This document shows positions 19,133 to 28,600 of a DNA stretch of 64,000 bases, piece after piece. Position numbers and translations under genes: made by a program. The DNA is from Trueperaceae bacterium (GTDB taxonomy: Bacteria > Deinococcota > Deinococci > Deinococcales > Trueperaceae). The notes under the pieces are model-generated. The model was not told where the DNA came from and did no database searches. It was given only the letters and a program-made list of their open reading frames with translations. Within the stretch, counting starts at the first letter, position 1, and every line of letters begins with the position of its first letter. Location: positions 1,536,001 through 1,600,000 of the forward strand of contig OZ243927.1 of the NCBI GenBank assembly GCA_965213925.1. Reading direction: 5' to 3'.

Positions 19133-19545
19133 GATTGATTGTAGTGACTGTACAACCCATTCGTTGAGATATTTTAGGTTTTGCGCTCGTTGTTAAGTTT
19201 ATAACGCTTATACCACGTCGTATTTTCATAAACACGCATCCAACCTCGTCATGCTGGTAGGCTAGAATTAGGAGGGCTCCCGCTTCGGCGTCATTCTACC
19301 TCTACACTATAATATCGTGGGGACACGCGACTTGAATATCCTGGAACGACGAACAGGACTTGTGTCTATCTATAACGTTGTGAGAGGGCGTGCAGTTTTC
19401 TACTCTTGCTAAACTCAATATACAAGCAGGGCGTATCATGCCGTTATTATCATGCTGCATCTATGACCAGATGCTACCCAGGTTAGAGCAAAGCTCTATA
19501 GGCTCTTAGCCTTCACCTATGCTGCTAAAGGCTCTTTTTCGCTCG

Positions 19546-19577
19546 GATTGATTCGCTAACATGTTAGCGAATCAATC
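19546..19577. repeat. Perfect 32-bp palindrome without spacer
   Basis: GATTGATTCGCTAACA|TGTTAGCGAATCAATC. Confidence 0.9.
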
Positions 19578-20235
19578 GGAATTGGTATGATACCTGCTAT
19601 TCAATGACGAGGACGTGAGCAGGTCAGGGAGTTCGCTGAGGTCGTCTATAACGCCGTCGGCACTTCTCGGCGCAGGATAGAGAGCGTTTCGCACCCAAAC
19701 CGTCCTAAGCCCGACTTGCTGCGCCGCTGCAACATCGTTCTCAGGATGATCGCCCACGTAGACCGCCTGACGTGGCGTAACACCGAGCTGACGAAGGCAG
19801 CGTTCGAAGATAACTGGGCTCGGCTTTTTGACGCCCTCTTCCTCCGAAATCTTGACAGCGCTAAAAAATCCGCGAATCCCAGCGTTGTCAATTTTGGCGT
19901 TTTGACTTCTACTTCGTCCGTTTGTCACTAAGCCGAGTTTGTAGTGCGCCCTCAATGCTCGCAGTACCTCTTTAACTCCGTCAAATAGAATAGGGTCTCG
20001 GCCGTAGACCTCTTCAAAGTCAGCGTGGAGGTCGCCACCAAGCTCGAGCGTAAACCTCTCCTTTCGGCGCGTACCCGTTGGCGTCGTAGCGCTGAACTGT
20101 TGCGATGAAGGTGGCACGCGAGACCGTGGCTAAGCCGTCTCGAAAGCGGAGGTGTTGCGCCTCCAAGAAGTGCCTAAACGTCGCCCTTCTATCCACCAAC
20201 GTCTGGTCGAGGTCGAAAATAACAGCTTTGATCAT
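19572..20235 (-). pseudogene. HAD-superfamily hydrolase, frameshifted at GCTCGAGC (20042-20049)
   Basis: Motif I (FDLDQTL) lies in ORF 20020..20235. Motifs II-IV (VTNG, KPSP, VGDHPEND) lie in ORF 19572..20117. Confidence 0.85.
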
Positions 20236-20325
20236 CTCGGTTATATCTGACGTCCCCTATCCGCTACGATACACTGAATCTATCTACCGAAACACTCGCG
20301 CGCCTGTATATTTGGGGAGGTCTCT

Positions 20326-21459
20326 ATGGTTGCTCGCACCCGCACAAGTCGGCGCAACGCCGCAACGCAAACTGCTCATTTGACCCCGCTTAGCACGCTC
20401 GCGTTCGACTGGGTCTACACGCTCTTCGTGTTTTTGGTCGCGGTGGGCGTCTACATAGACGGCTGGTCGCACGCCTCGTTCGGACCGGATCAGTCGGTGC
20501 TGAGCGAGTACCACCTGCTCTTCTACGCGAGCCTTATGGCGTTAGGGCTGTGGCTGTTCGGCACGGCGTTCAGCAACCGGCGCGCGGGATTCAGTGGGTT
20601 GAACGCGCTACCGGCAGGCTACAAGCTCTCGGCGCTAGGGCTTTTTATCTTCGGCGTGACGGGCGTATTCGACCTCGGCGGGCACGCGCTCTTCGGCTTC
20701 GAGGTCGATAACGAGGCGCTTTACAGCCCGACGCATCTGGGGCTCTTCCTCGGCTGGGCGCTCCTCAGCGTCGGACCTGCCAAAGCTGCGTATAGGCGGC
20801 GAGAGGTGGCTGGGCTCGAGCAGGGGGCATCACAGAAGACATCGCAAAAGACCTCATGGTGGACCTCGTTTCTCACCCTCTTGCCCGCGCTCATCGCTTG
20901 GGCGAGTTTTTTCAACATCTTGGCGTTCGTCGCGATGGACCTCTTCGGCACGAGCGCGGGCTTTATGCTGAGCGAGAACCGCGCACGTAGCGATTACATA
21001 GGGGAGACGCTAGGTATTTCAGGCGTGATTATCCAGACCGCGACGACGGTAGGCGTGCTCGCCTGGCTGACGCTGCGCTTCAGATTGCCGGCGGGCGCGT
21101 TCACTCTCTTCTTCTCGCTCTACGGGCTCTACGGCTCGGTCTTAGAGCTAGACGTCTCGCTTGTTCCTGTGTTCTTCGTCGTCGGCGCGCTCTGCGACGC
21201 GCTCTACGCACTTCTGAAGCCGAGCGCACGACAGCGTGTTAGGTTCCACCTCTTCAACGTGCTCGTCGCGCTCAGCTTGTGGGCGACGTTCTATGCGTTT
21301 GTCTTTCTCACGGATTATGGCGGCGGCGTCTGGTACACGCCCTACATCTGGACGGGCAGCGTCGCGCAAGCTCTGGCGGTCGCGCTGCTCGTCTCGCTCC
21401 TATCCACTTCCGCTCCATCAACCTCTACTTCGTGTGAAACTCAGGGCGCAGCCACTTAG
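20326..21459 (+). CDS. Multi-pass membrane protein with two D-x3-H...H motifs
   Basis: About 9 hydrophobic helices; DGWSH...SEYH and DLGGH...SPTH. Confidence 0.8.
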   Translation: MVARTRTSRRNAATQTAHLTPLSTLAFDWVYTLFVFLVAVGVYIDGWSHASFGPDQSVLSEYHLLFYASLMALGLWLFGTAFSNRRAGFSGLNALPAGYKLSALGLFIFGVTGVFDLGGHALFGFEVDNEALYSPTHLGLFLGWALLSVGPAKAAYRRREVAGLEQGASQKTSQKTSWWTSFLTLLPALIAWASFFNILAFVAMDLFGTSAGFMLSENRARSDYIGETLGISGVIIQTATTVGVLAWLTLRFRLPAGAFTLFFSLYGLYGSVLELDVSLVPVFFVVGALCDALYALLKPSARQRVRFHLFNVLVALSLWATFYAFVFLTDYGGGVWYTPYIWTGSVAQALAVALLVSLLSTSAPSTSTSCETQGAAT

Positions 21460-21480
21460 GTTTGAGAGTGCACGTGCTGC

Positions 21481-22065
21481 GCCCTCTTAGCCATTACCCT
21501 CTTATTCGTCCTCTGCGGCTACGCCGTGGACGCCCACAGCGGCTTCAATACGCTCGCGTGGCGTGAGGCTTGGGATGCGTACACCGTGAGCGTATTAGAA
21601 GACTTTCACATGGCGGGTGCAGGTCAGGGTAACGCGCAGCTCTTCGTCCAACTTTCGGATGGAAGAGAGACTGCGCCAGCTTCGACCCAGGTGAACGCGG
21701 TGATTCGGTACGAGGGCGACGCCCTGTACGAAGACACCTTGTACGAGGGAGCGGTGCCCTACCTCTCGGAGAGCAGCGCGGACGGCGAGACCTCTTATGC
21801 GGGCTACCTCTTAGCGATCTCCCTAAATCAAGAAGGGATGTACGGGCTCGAGCTAACCCTCTCAAGTCCGCTCGGCACGGTAAGCCGAACCTACGCTATT
21901 CATACGCAGCAGGGCGGACCTTCGGTGCTCGAGGTTCTCCCCAGCGTGCTCATCCTCGCTATCGTCTTAGGCGGCACCGCGCTCCTCTTCGTCCCGTTAC
22001 CCCTTCCAAGAAAGGGCGTTCGAAAGGAACCTCATGAAATACCTTCTCAGCTTAGTCGCGATTAG
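21481..22065 (+). CDS. Exported beta-rich protein with C-terminal TM anchor; 5' end lacks an in-frame start
   Basis: In-frame signal-like stretch ALLAITLLFVLCGYAVDA precedes HSGFN, upstream of the tracked start at 21526. An indel near 21475-21482 is likely. Confidence 0.65.
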   Translation, partial: ALLAITLLFVLCGYAVDAHSGFNTLAWREAWDAYTVSVLEDFHMAGAGQGNAQLFVQLSDGRETAPASTQVNAVIRYEGDALYEDTLYEGAVPYLSESSADGETSYAGYLLAISLNQEGMYGLELTLSSPLGTVSRTYAIHTQQGGPSVLEVLPSVLILAIVLGGTALLFVPLPLPRKGVRKEPHEIPSQLSRD

Positions 22066-22609
22066 CTGCGCCTACGCATTGTCCGCTCCCCTTACAAGCT
22101 GGCTCCCTACGGACTGGCTAGGGCGCATCATCAACACCGAAGAGCACCTCATCCACCGCGAAGAGGTTGGACCTTATCTCGTTAGTGGCGACGGGCAACG
22201 CCTCATCGATAACCCGTACCTCAAGCTCGACATCCGCTATGAGGGCGAGCGCATCTCGCCGAGTAGCGACGTGCGCGTAAACGCGACGCTTTCTCGTCAA
22301 GGTGAGATGAGTACGGCGCGTTACACGCCCGAAGTGCGAGACGGGCTTTTTGTTATCCACCCGCTCGAGCTGCCCGGCGCAGAGACTTGGGGGTGGGAGA
22401 GTGGCGGCTGGCTCGAGCTTGACCTCTTAATTGACGGACCCGCAGGCGAAGCGCAAGGGAGTACGGGCTTCTACATCTATCCGCCCAAACCCGAGACGAG
22501 TAGAATATTTAGCGTGATTAACTTCGGCTTACCGTTCGCTTTGCTGGTGCTTGTCGCGCTTATCTACAAACTGAGGCGGGTTCGGCTGCAGCGCTACGGC
22601 GCGTCCTAG
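22034..22609 (+). CDS. Exported beta-rich protein with C-terminal TM anchor, likely paralog of the preceding gene
   Basis: Signal peptide; HREEVGPYLVS and LDLLIDGPAG resemble WREAWDAYTVS and LELTLSSPLG; C-terminal TM plus basic tail. Confidence 0.75.
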   Translation: MKYLLSLVAISCAYALSAPLTSWLPTDWLGRIINTEEHLIHREEVGPYLVSGDGQRLIDNPYLKLDIRYEGERISPSSDVRVNATLSRQGEMSTARYTPEVRDGLFVIHPLELPGAETWGWESGGWLELDLLIDGPAGEAQGSTGFYIYPPKPETSRIFSVINFGLPFALLVLVALIYKLRRVRLQRYGAS

Positions 22610-22698
22610 AGTGTAAGCAGCGCTTGTTATTGGGACTTTGTTGAGAGGAGGCTAGGACGCGAGTCTCAACCCGCAACTCAAACGTTACAGTTTAGGCG

Positions 22699-23247
22699 CT
22701 ACAACTTAGGTAGCGTCACCCCCCGCTGCCCCTGATACTTCCCCTTCCTATCCGCATACGTCACCTCGGGCTGCTCCCCCTGAAAAAAGAGAAGCTGCAC
22801 GATGCCCTCGTTCGCGTAGACCTTGGCGGGCAGGGGCGTCGTATTAGAAAGCTCCAGCGTCACATGTCCTTCCCAGCCCGGCTCCAAAGGTGTCACGTTC
22901 GCGACGATGCCGCACCGCGCGTAGCTCGACTTGCCGAGCGCCACCACCATCACGTCAGTTGGGATGCGCAAATACTCCACCGAGCGCGTCAGCACGAAGG
23001 AGTTGGGCGGGATGATACAAAAGTCCTCTTCGGTCTCGACGAGGCTTCTCACGTCGAAGGTTTTGGGGTCCACGAGCGTGTTAAAGGCGTTCACGAAGAT
23101 GCGCCATTCGGGGGCGGCGCGGAGGTCGTAGCCAAATGACGAGAGCCCGTACGAGATGACGCCCTCGCGCACGAGGCGGTCTTCGAAGGGGTCAATCATG
23201 CCTTGTAATGCCTGCTCACGAATCCACCAGTCGGGTTTGATGCTCAT
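22699..23247 (-). CDS. dcd: dCTP deaminase
   Basis: [37 protein letters not shown]. Confidence 0.95.
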   Translation of the reverse strand: MSIKPDWWIREQALQGMIDPFEDRLVREGVISYGLSSFGYDLRAAPEWRIFVNAFNTLVDPKTFDVRSLVETEEDFCIIPPNSFVLTRSVEYLRIPTDVMVVALGKSSYARCGIVANVTPLEPGWEGHVTLELSNTTPLPAKVYANEGIVQLLFFQGEQPEVTYADRKGKYQGQRGVTLPKL

Positions 23248-23381
23248 GGAGGGCAGTGTACCCCAGCAGGTATTATCTGGTCACGAACGCGCTGAGTAAA
23301 AAAGAATATTGACGACTTTGGGTTCTCGGGGATGATGCAAGGATAAGTTTTAACAAACCCTTTAGATGGGAGGCTCGAGCC

Positions 23382-24626
23382 TCACGCTTTACCACCCTCA
23401 ACAGTTCCGGGGCTCTCGAGAGGGTCTCTCACCGCCGAGCGCAACCAGGTCAGCGCCAGAGGAGCCATCAGAATACCCATACCGAAAAAGATGGCGCGAA
23501 CTGAGAATAGCGCTAACGCCCCACCCGCCAGCGCGTAGCCTGCGGGCTGCGCTCCGCGTACCAACGCCATAAAAAGCCCGTACACCCTCCCCATAAGCTC
23601 ATCGCTGACGCTCTCTTGCAAAATCGTCTGAACTTGAATGGTCATCAGCGCTGAGGCTACGCCGAAGATGGCTAATGCGACGAGGGAGAGTAGAAGCAGC
23701 GGCGAGAGCGCGACGCCAACCAGACAGAGCGCACCCGTGAGCGTTCCCGCCACGAGCACGGTGAGAGGTCGCTGGACTTGAAAGAAATTCATAAGGAAAA
23801 AGCCTAAGAACTGCCCGCCGACAAAACTCGCGCTGAGGTAGCCGTAACCCGCTGAGCCTGCCTCTAAAAGTTGGGCGTAAGGTGCAGCGAGGACGGTGAG
23901 CGGCGCGACGAGAAAGTTGAGAACGACCGCCGTGCCGATGATAGCGAGGAGGAGCGAGTTGCCCCAGATAACCTGAAACCCTTCAACAAAGCCGCCCTCG
24001 GACTCCGTGACCTCTTCTACTGATTCCTCTTGGACTTGCTTAGCAGCGGACCGTGTTGGCTCGCGCAAGAACACGAGAATGATGCTCGCCGCCAGCAATA
24101 AGCCTACACAAATCAAGAGCGTTCCGCCCGCGCCGAACGCGGCGTTCGCTAGACCTGCCACCGCGAAGGAGGAGAGGTTCGCCAAGGAGGTCGAAAGACC
24201 CATCGCCGCGTTGCCCTTCTGATAGCTCTCTTTCGGCAAGATAAGTGGGAGCAGCGCGCTGAGCGCCGGACCTCTTAGCGCCGTTGCGACGTTAGTAATC
24301 GTGAGGAGAACCAGTGCGACGGGTAGGCTCAGTGAGCCAAGCAAAAAGAGCGCAGCGGCGACGCCCGTGAGTGAAGCGTCCACGAGTAACATGCTGATGG
24401 ACAGCGTTTTCTTGCTGTAGCGGTCTGCTAAAACGCCGCCGAAGGGCGACGCCACTAGATACGCTGACGTGCCCACAAACGCAACCACAGCGACGAGAGA
24501 TTCGTTACCTGTGGTCGTGAGCACCCACCAGATGAGCGGCACTTCGAAAAAGCCGACGCTTAAACTCTCGAAGAGGCGCGTCGCCAGCAAGAGGTTGAAG
24601 TCTTTGATCCTAAGGGGATGCTTCAC
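23382..24626 (-). CDS. MFS transporter (DHA3/macrolide-efflux-like)
   Basis: About 12 TM helices; motif A GGVLADRYSKK; LQESVSDELMGRV. Confidence 0.88.
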   Translation of the reverse strand: MKHPLRIKDFNLLLATRLFESLSVGFFEVPLIWWVLTTTGNESLVAVVAFVGTSAYLVASPFGGVLADRYSKKTLSISMLLVDASLTGVAAALFLLGSLSLPVALVLLTITNVATALRGPALSALLPLILPKESYQKGNAAMGLSTSLANLSSFAVAGLANAAFGAGGTLLICVGLLLAASIILVFLREPTRSAAKQVQEESVEEVTESEGGFVEGFQVIWGNSLLLAIIGTAVVLNFLVAPLTVLAAPYAQLLEAGSAGYGYLSASFVGGQFLGFFLMNFFQVQRPLTVLVAGTLTGALCLVGVALSPLLLLSLVALAIFGVASALMTIQVQTILQESVSDELMGRVYGLFMALVRGAQPAGYALAGGALALFSVRAIFFGMGILMAPLALTWLRSAVRDPLESPGTVEGGKA

Positions 24627-24765
24627 TTGTACTCCTGAAGGTATCTGTCAAAAGCCGCTCTACAGAAGGCTCGAGATTTCGCAATCTCTATCTCAGTTGG
24701 GCTCTACTACATTCTTGACGAGTTTAACAGAATTCGCTATCGTCACCCGCGCAGGTTCAGCACTG

Positions 24766-24794
24766 AAAAAGACCTCCTCCGAGAAGGCGGTCTT
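24766..24794 (-). terminator. Probable intrinsic terminator after the short peptide gene
   Basis: AAGACC...GGTCTT imperfect hairpin with a T-tract on the minus strand. Confidence 0.5.
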
Positions 24795-24834
24795 CCATTC
24801 AACTTCTTGTGATGTCCTCTCGTAAAACTAAGCG

Positions 24835-24933
24835 TTAGAACAACCCCGCGTTCGCCATACTAAGCTGCGCACAAACGGTGAACAGCGCAGCGGTGAAAAA
24901 CAGAAAGGCGAGGAGTTTTTTGGACTTTTTCAT
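24835..24933 (-). CDS. 32-aa secreted peptide MKKSKKLLAFLFFTAALFTVCAQLSMANAGLF
   Basis: Below the ORF-track cutoff. AAGGAG RBS, basic n-region, hydrophobic h-region and a downstream terminator. Confidence 0.7.
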   Translation of the reverse strand: MKKSKKLLAFLFFTAALFTVCAQLSMANAGLF

Positions 24934-25012
24934 GACGGCGCTCCTTGCGTTTTGAGAGAGATTGAGTTGCATAGGGCGATTCGTACAGTGATATACAGGG
25001 TGCCCCTACGAG

Positions 25013-25516
25013 TTAGCGGTTGTTGCGCTCGAAGGCGTTTTTGAGACTGCCGCGCTGGTCTTTGGCTTCTCTGAGCAAGCTGTCTACGTCAAAGGTGCCT
25101 TGGGTGGTGAGGGCGTCGGCGGCGGGTAGCTCGAGCCCCAACGCTTCTAAGTGCGCTTCAGCCTTCGCAACCTCAGCCGCGCCACAAGAGGTGAGGCTGT
25201 CGGTGCCGTCCACTAAGTCGGCTAGGAAGAGGACGGCGGTTTCGCGGTCCAACGTTGCGTTCTCAACCGCGTCGTCCATTCGGAGGAAGACGCAGCTCGA
25301 CAAGACGCCGGGGCGCTGCATCTCCCACAAGAAGATTCGCGCGTTTTCCGCTTGAGTGTCTGCGCCGCCGTCAACCTCTCGCCCGCTCAGCATCTCGGCG
25401 AGGGTAAGGACCATTTCGGTGCTCGGGTTGTCGTTCAAGGTGTTAGCGCTTGCGCTGCCTATGTACCCAAACGCAGGAAGCATGGTCAAAGCTGCGATAA
25501 AGAGAGTTTGAATCAT
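25013..25516 (-). CDS. Secreted hypothetical protein
   Basis: AAAGGAG RBS; signal peptide ending SASA; acidic helical mature part with two Cys. Confidence 0.75.
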   Translation of the reverse strand: MIQTLFIAALTMLPAFGYIGSASANTLNDNPSTEMVLTLAEMLSGREVDGGADTQAENARIFLWEMQRPGVLSSCVFLRMDDAVENATLDRETAVLFLADLVDGTDSLTSCGAAEVAKAEAHLEALGLELPAADALTTQGTFDVDSLLREAKDQRGSLKNAFERNNR

Positions 25517-25569
25517 CGTGTTGCTCCTTTAGTTCAATTGTAAGAAAACTCACTAATAAGAGAATGAGA

Positions 25570-25594
25570 GGACGCTCAAGAAATTTGGGCGTCC
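25570..25594 (-). terminator. Hairpin terminator after the large lipoprotein gene
   Basis: GGACGCTCAA...TTGGGCGTCC. Confidence 0.55.
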
Positions 25595-25602
25595 CTTTAG
25601 CC

Positions 25603-28600
25603 TTACTTTTTCGGTGTGAGCAGGACGATTCTCCCTGCGACGCCCAGTGACTGCGGACCGAAGTCAGCGATGTAGAGGTTGCCGTTGTTCAAGTCTTCGA
25701 CGATGTCCAGGGGACCGTTGAAGCCGCTGAAGCCGTCGATGTTGGAGTCCGTGCCTGTAACACGCTTCGTGACGCTGCCGTCGCTACCCAACGAGAAGGT
25801 CTGGATGTCGCGCTCTTTGCTGTAGCGCACGTTGAGGAGCTTGCCCTTGAGTGCGCCGCCAAACGTGTCGCTCATGTACTCGATGACGCCGTTCGCGGAG
25901 GCGCTCAAGCCTGCGTTGAAGACGCCATCCGCGTCGTAGTTGCGGTCGGGCTTCGTGCCTAAGGGATAGTCGTTCGCTTCGAAGGGGTCGTTCGAGGACT
26001 TGACGTTGCCCGCGTTCAAGACCCACTCACAGCGTGCCGGGTTGGGGTGTCCGTAGTAGCGCCCTTCGGAGACGCGGAAGAGGTAGTCCAACTCGCGCTG
26101 AGAGTTGTTGTCGATACGAGGAACGTCCGTGCGGGTATACGCGCCTAAGCGGTCGCTGTCGATGCGATTTTTGCAGGACGCGGGGAGCGTGCTCGGTGTA
26201 GCGGGCGCGTTGCCGCCGGGGGCAGAGCCGTTTGTGGGGACGTAGAGGCGTCCGTTGGAGTGCCAGACGAGGTCGTAGGCGTTGCGGATGCCCGAGGCGT
26301 AGACCGTGAGGGGGGCGCGATTGGAGAACGGGTTGTAGTTGCCGCCTTCAGCGGTTTTGACGTTCAAGGGGAGGCTCGAGGGGAGACTATCTAAATCGAG
26401 TCTGAGCACCGCCGCGCTCAAGAGACGCTCCTCGCGGTTGCCCCACGCGCCGTCGGGTGCGCCCATCGCGTTGTTGCTGCCTTGGCTTACGTAGAGTGCG
26501 CCGTCAGGACCGAAGGCGATGGAGTTCGTTTCGTGGTCACGTACTGAGCGGGGTAGACCTTCGATGACCGCTTCGTAGTTCTGCAAGTTCGAGCCAGTAA
26601 GTTTGGCAATCTTGCCCGTCCAGTCGGGAACATCAGGGGAGCCCATGTAGGTGACGTTGTCCGAGACCCACAAGATGAGGTTGTCTTTCGTCGCGTTAGG
26701 GTCGAAGGTCAAGCCGATGATGGTGCGGGGCGCGCCGCCGTTAGCCTTCTTGACCGTGTCGATGACGCGCTCTTCGGTCAAGTCGCCGTCCCGCTCAATC
26801 TTGTAGCGGTAGATGGAGCCGAAGGCGGTGCTGGCGTAGAGCTTGCCATCGGGACCGATGGTAACGCTGGTGAACTTCTGCCCCTCATCCACAACGGTTT
26901 TGTTGAAGGCAACCGGACCGGCGTTGGTATTGAGCGTGCCTGTGGTGAAGGTGCTCACGAAGGGCAAAAACGCCGCGCCTGACTCATCTTCTGCGTCGCT
27001 CGAGACGCTGAAGCGGTAACTAGTGTTTTCGTCTAAAGGCAATTCGTCCGGGTCGATCTTGAAGCTGACGGTGTCCGCGCCGCCGCTCGTGTCGGGCGTG
27101 CCACCGACGGTTGCGCCGGTGTCCAGGTTGGTCAGCGTGACGTTGCCGCCTAAGGTCGAGAGCGCTACGCCGCCGTTAGGAAGGCTGAGCCCTGCGGTCA
27201 CGGTCGCGGTGTTCGGTGAGAGGTCGGTTGCGCCGTTCGTGGGGTCAACGCTAATGATAGAGGGGCGCTGGGTTGCGCTAGTACCGGTGGACTTGATTTC
27301 GACGTAGTTAATTTTTGTATTGATACCGCCTACCGCGTCAACGGTGAGCTTGCCGTCTTCGACTTGGACGACGACGGTGCCCTGCTCGAACTCGTTGTCA
27401 CTGTCCGCTTGGAACTTAGAAAGTGCGGGGACGCCTTCGACGTTGAGGGTGTGCTTACTGTCGTACGCATTAGGAAAGCCTGCTTTGACCTCTTTCGCTG
27501 GCTCGTCGCCCGCACTGACCGTGACCTGATAGGTGCCGTTCGGCAGCGCGTATTCCCAGTAAACCTCATTCGTGAAGCCGCTGTCGCAGCAGTCGCCGCG
27601 CTGTAAGTGCACGACGGTATCGAGTTCTTGGGCGATACCTGAGCGGTCGCGGTCGCGGGCTGCGCCGGAGGCGTCGACGGGCTGACCGTTGCTCAGTTTG
27701 AGCCAGCCGTAGGTTCCGCTAGCTTGTGCGCCGTAGGCTTGACCGCTGTCTTTCACAAAGCCGCTAGGGACAGGGGCGGTGTCTAACTGAAAATTGACTT
27801 TAACGTCGATATCGGACGTAGTGGGTGCGTCTGGGAGTAAATAGACAGCCTCTTCGCCGTTTGTTGCAATAGCAGTTTTGACATTGGTAAGAAGCGTAAG
27901 GTTGCAAGGGGCGTTGTTGGGGCGCTGACCGATGATAACGACGCGCTCGGCGTTGATAGCGTCACCTCTTGCGCACACGTCGCTCGCGCTGCTAGCGCTT
28001 TCTTCGGCGCTACGGGTGACTTGGCGTACGCTGCCATCTACGGCGGCGAACGAAAGTGTGAAGGCGAAGGGGTACTCGGCGGAGCTGTTGGGGTCGAAAG
28101 GGAACTTGACGGCGAAGGTAACAAAGCCTGTTTGCCCTGGGGCGATGGCGCGTCCACCTTGCGCGTTGCGAGCACTAAAGCCGTAGCCTAAAACGGTGCT
28201 CCCGGCGGAGAGTTGACGCTGCGCTGCGTTCACTTGCGCGTCGCTCAAACCTTGAAAGTCGGCTTCGTCGGACTTGACTTCTAAACGTCCGCTATTACTC
28301 TCCATGCGGTGCGTCGGGAGGATCGTGCGGGCTAAGGTCGGGTCGGTAATGGCTTCGTTGCGTGCGTTTTTCAGGGAGCCGAGCGCGGTGCCGCCCAAGG
28401 CGCGTCCTGTGCTAAGCGCGTAAAAGGAGAGGTTACCGAAGGTCTGGTCGGAGTTGTTCGTGACCTTGAAGGTGCCGTAAAGGTAGCGCGTGCCGCCCTT
28501 GTCAGTCAGACCTTTAGAGGTGCTGACGAGGCTAAAATCCAGCGCTTGTGAGGAGAGACCGTCCGGCATAGCGGAGGCTTTGATGTCATTATCCTCGTCG

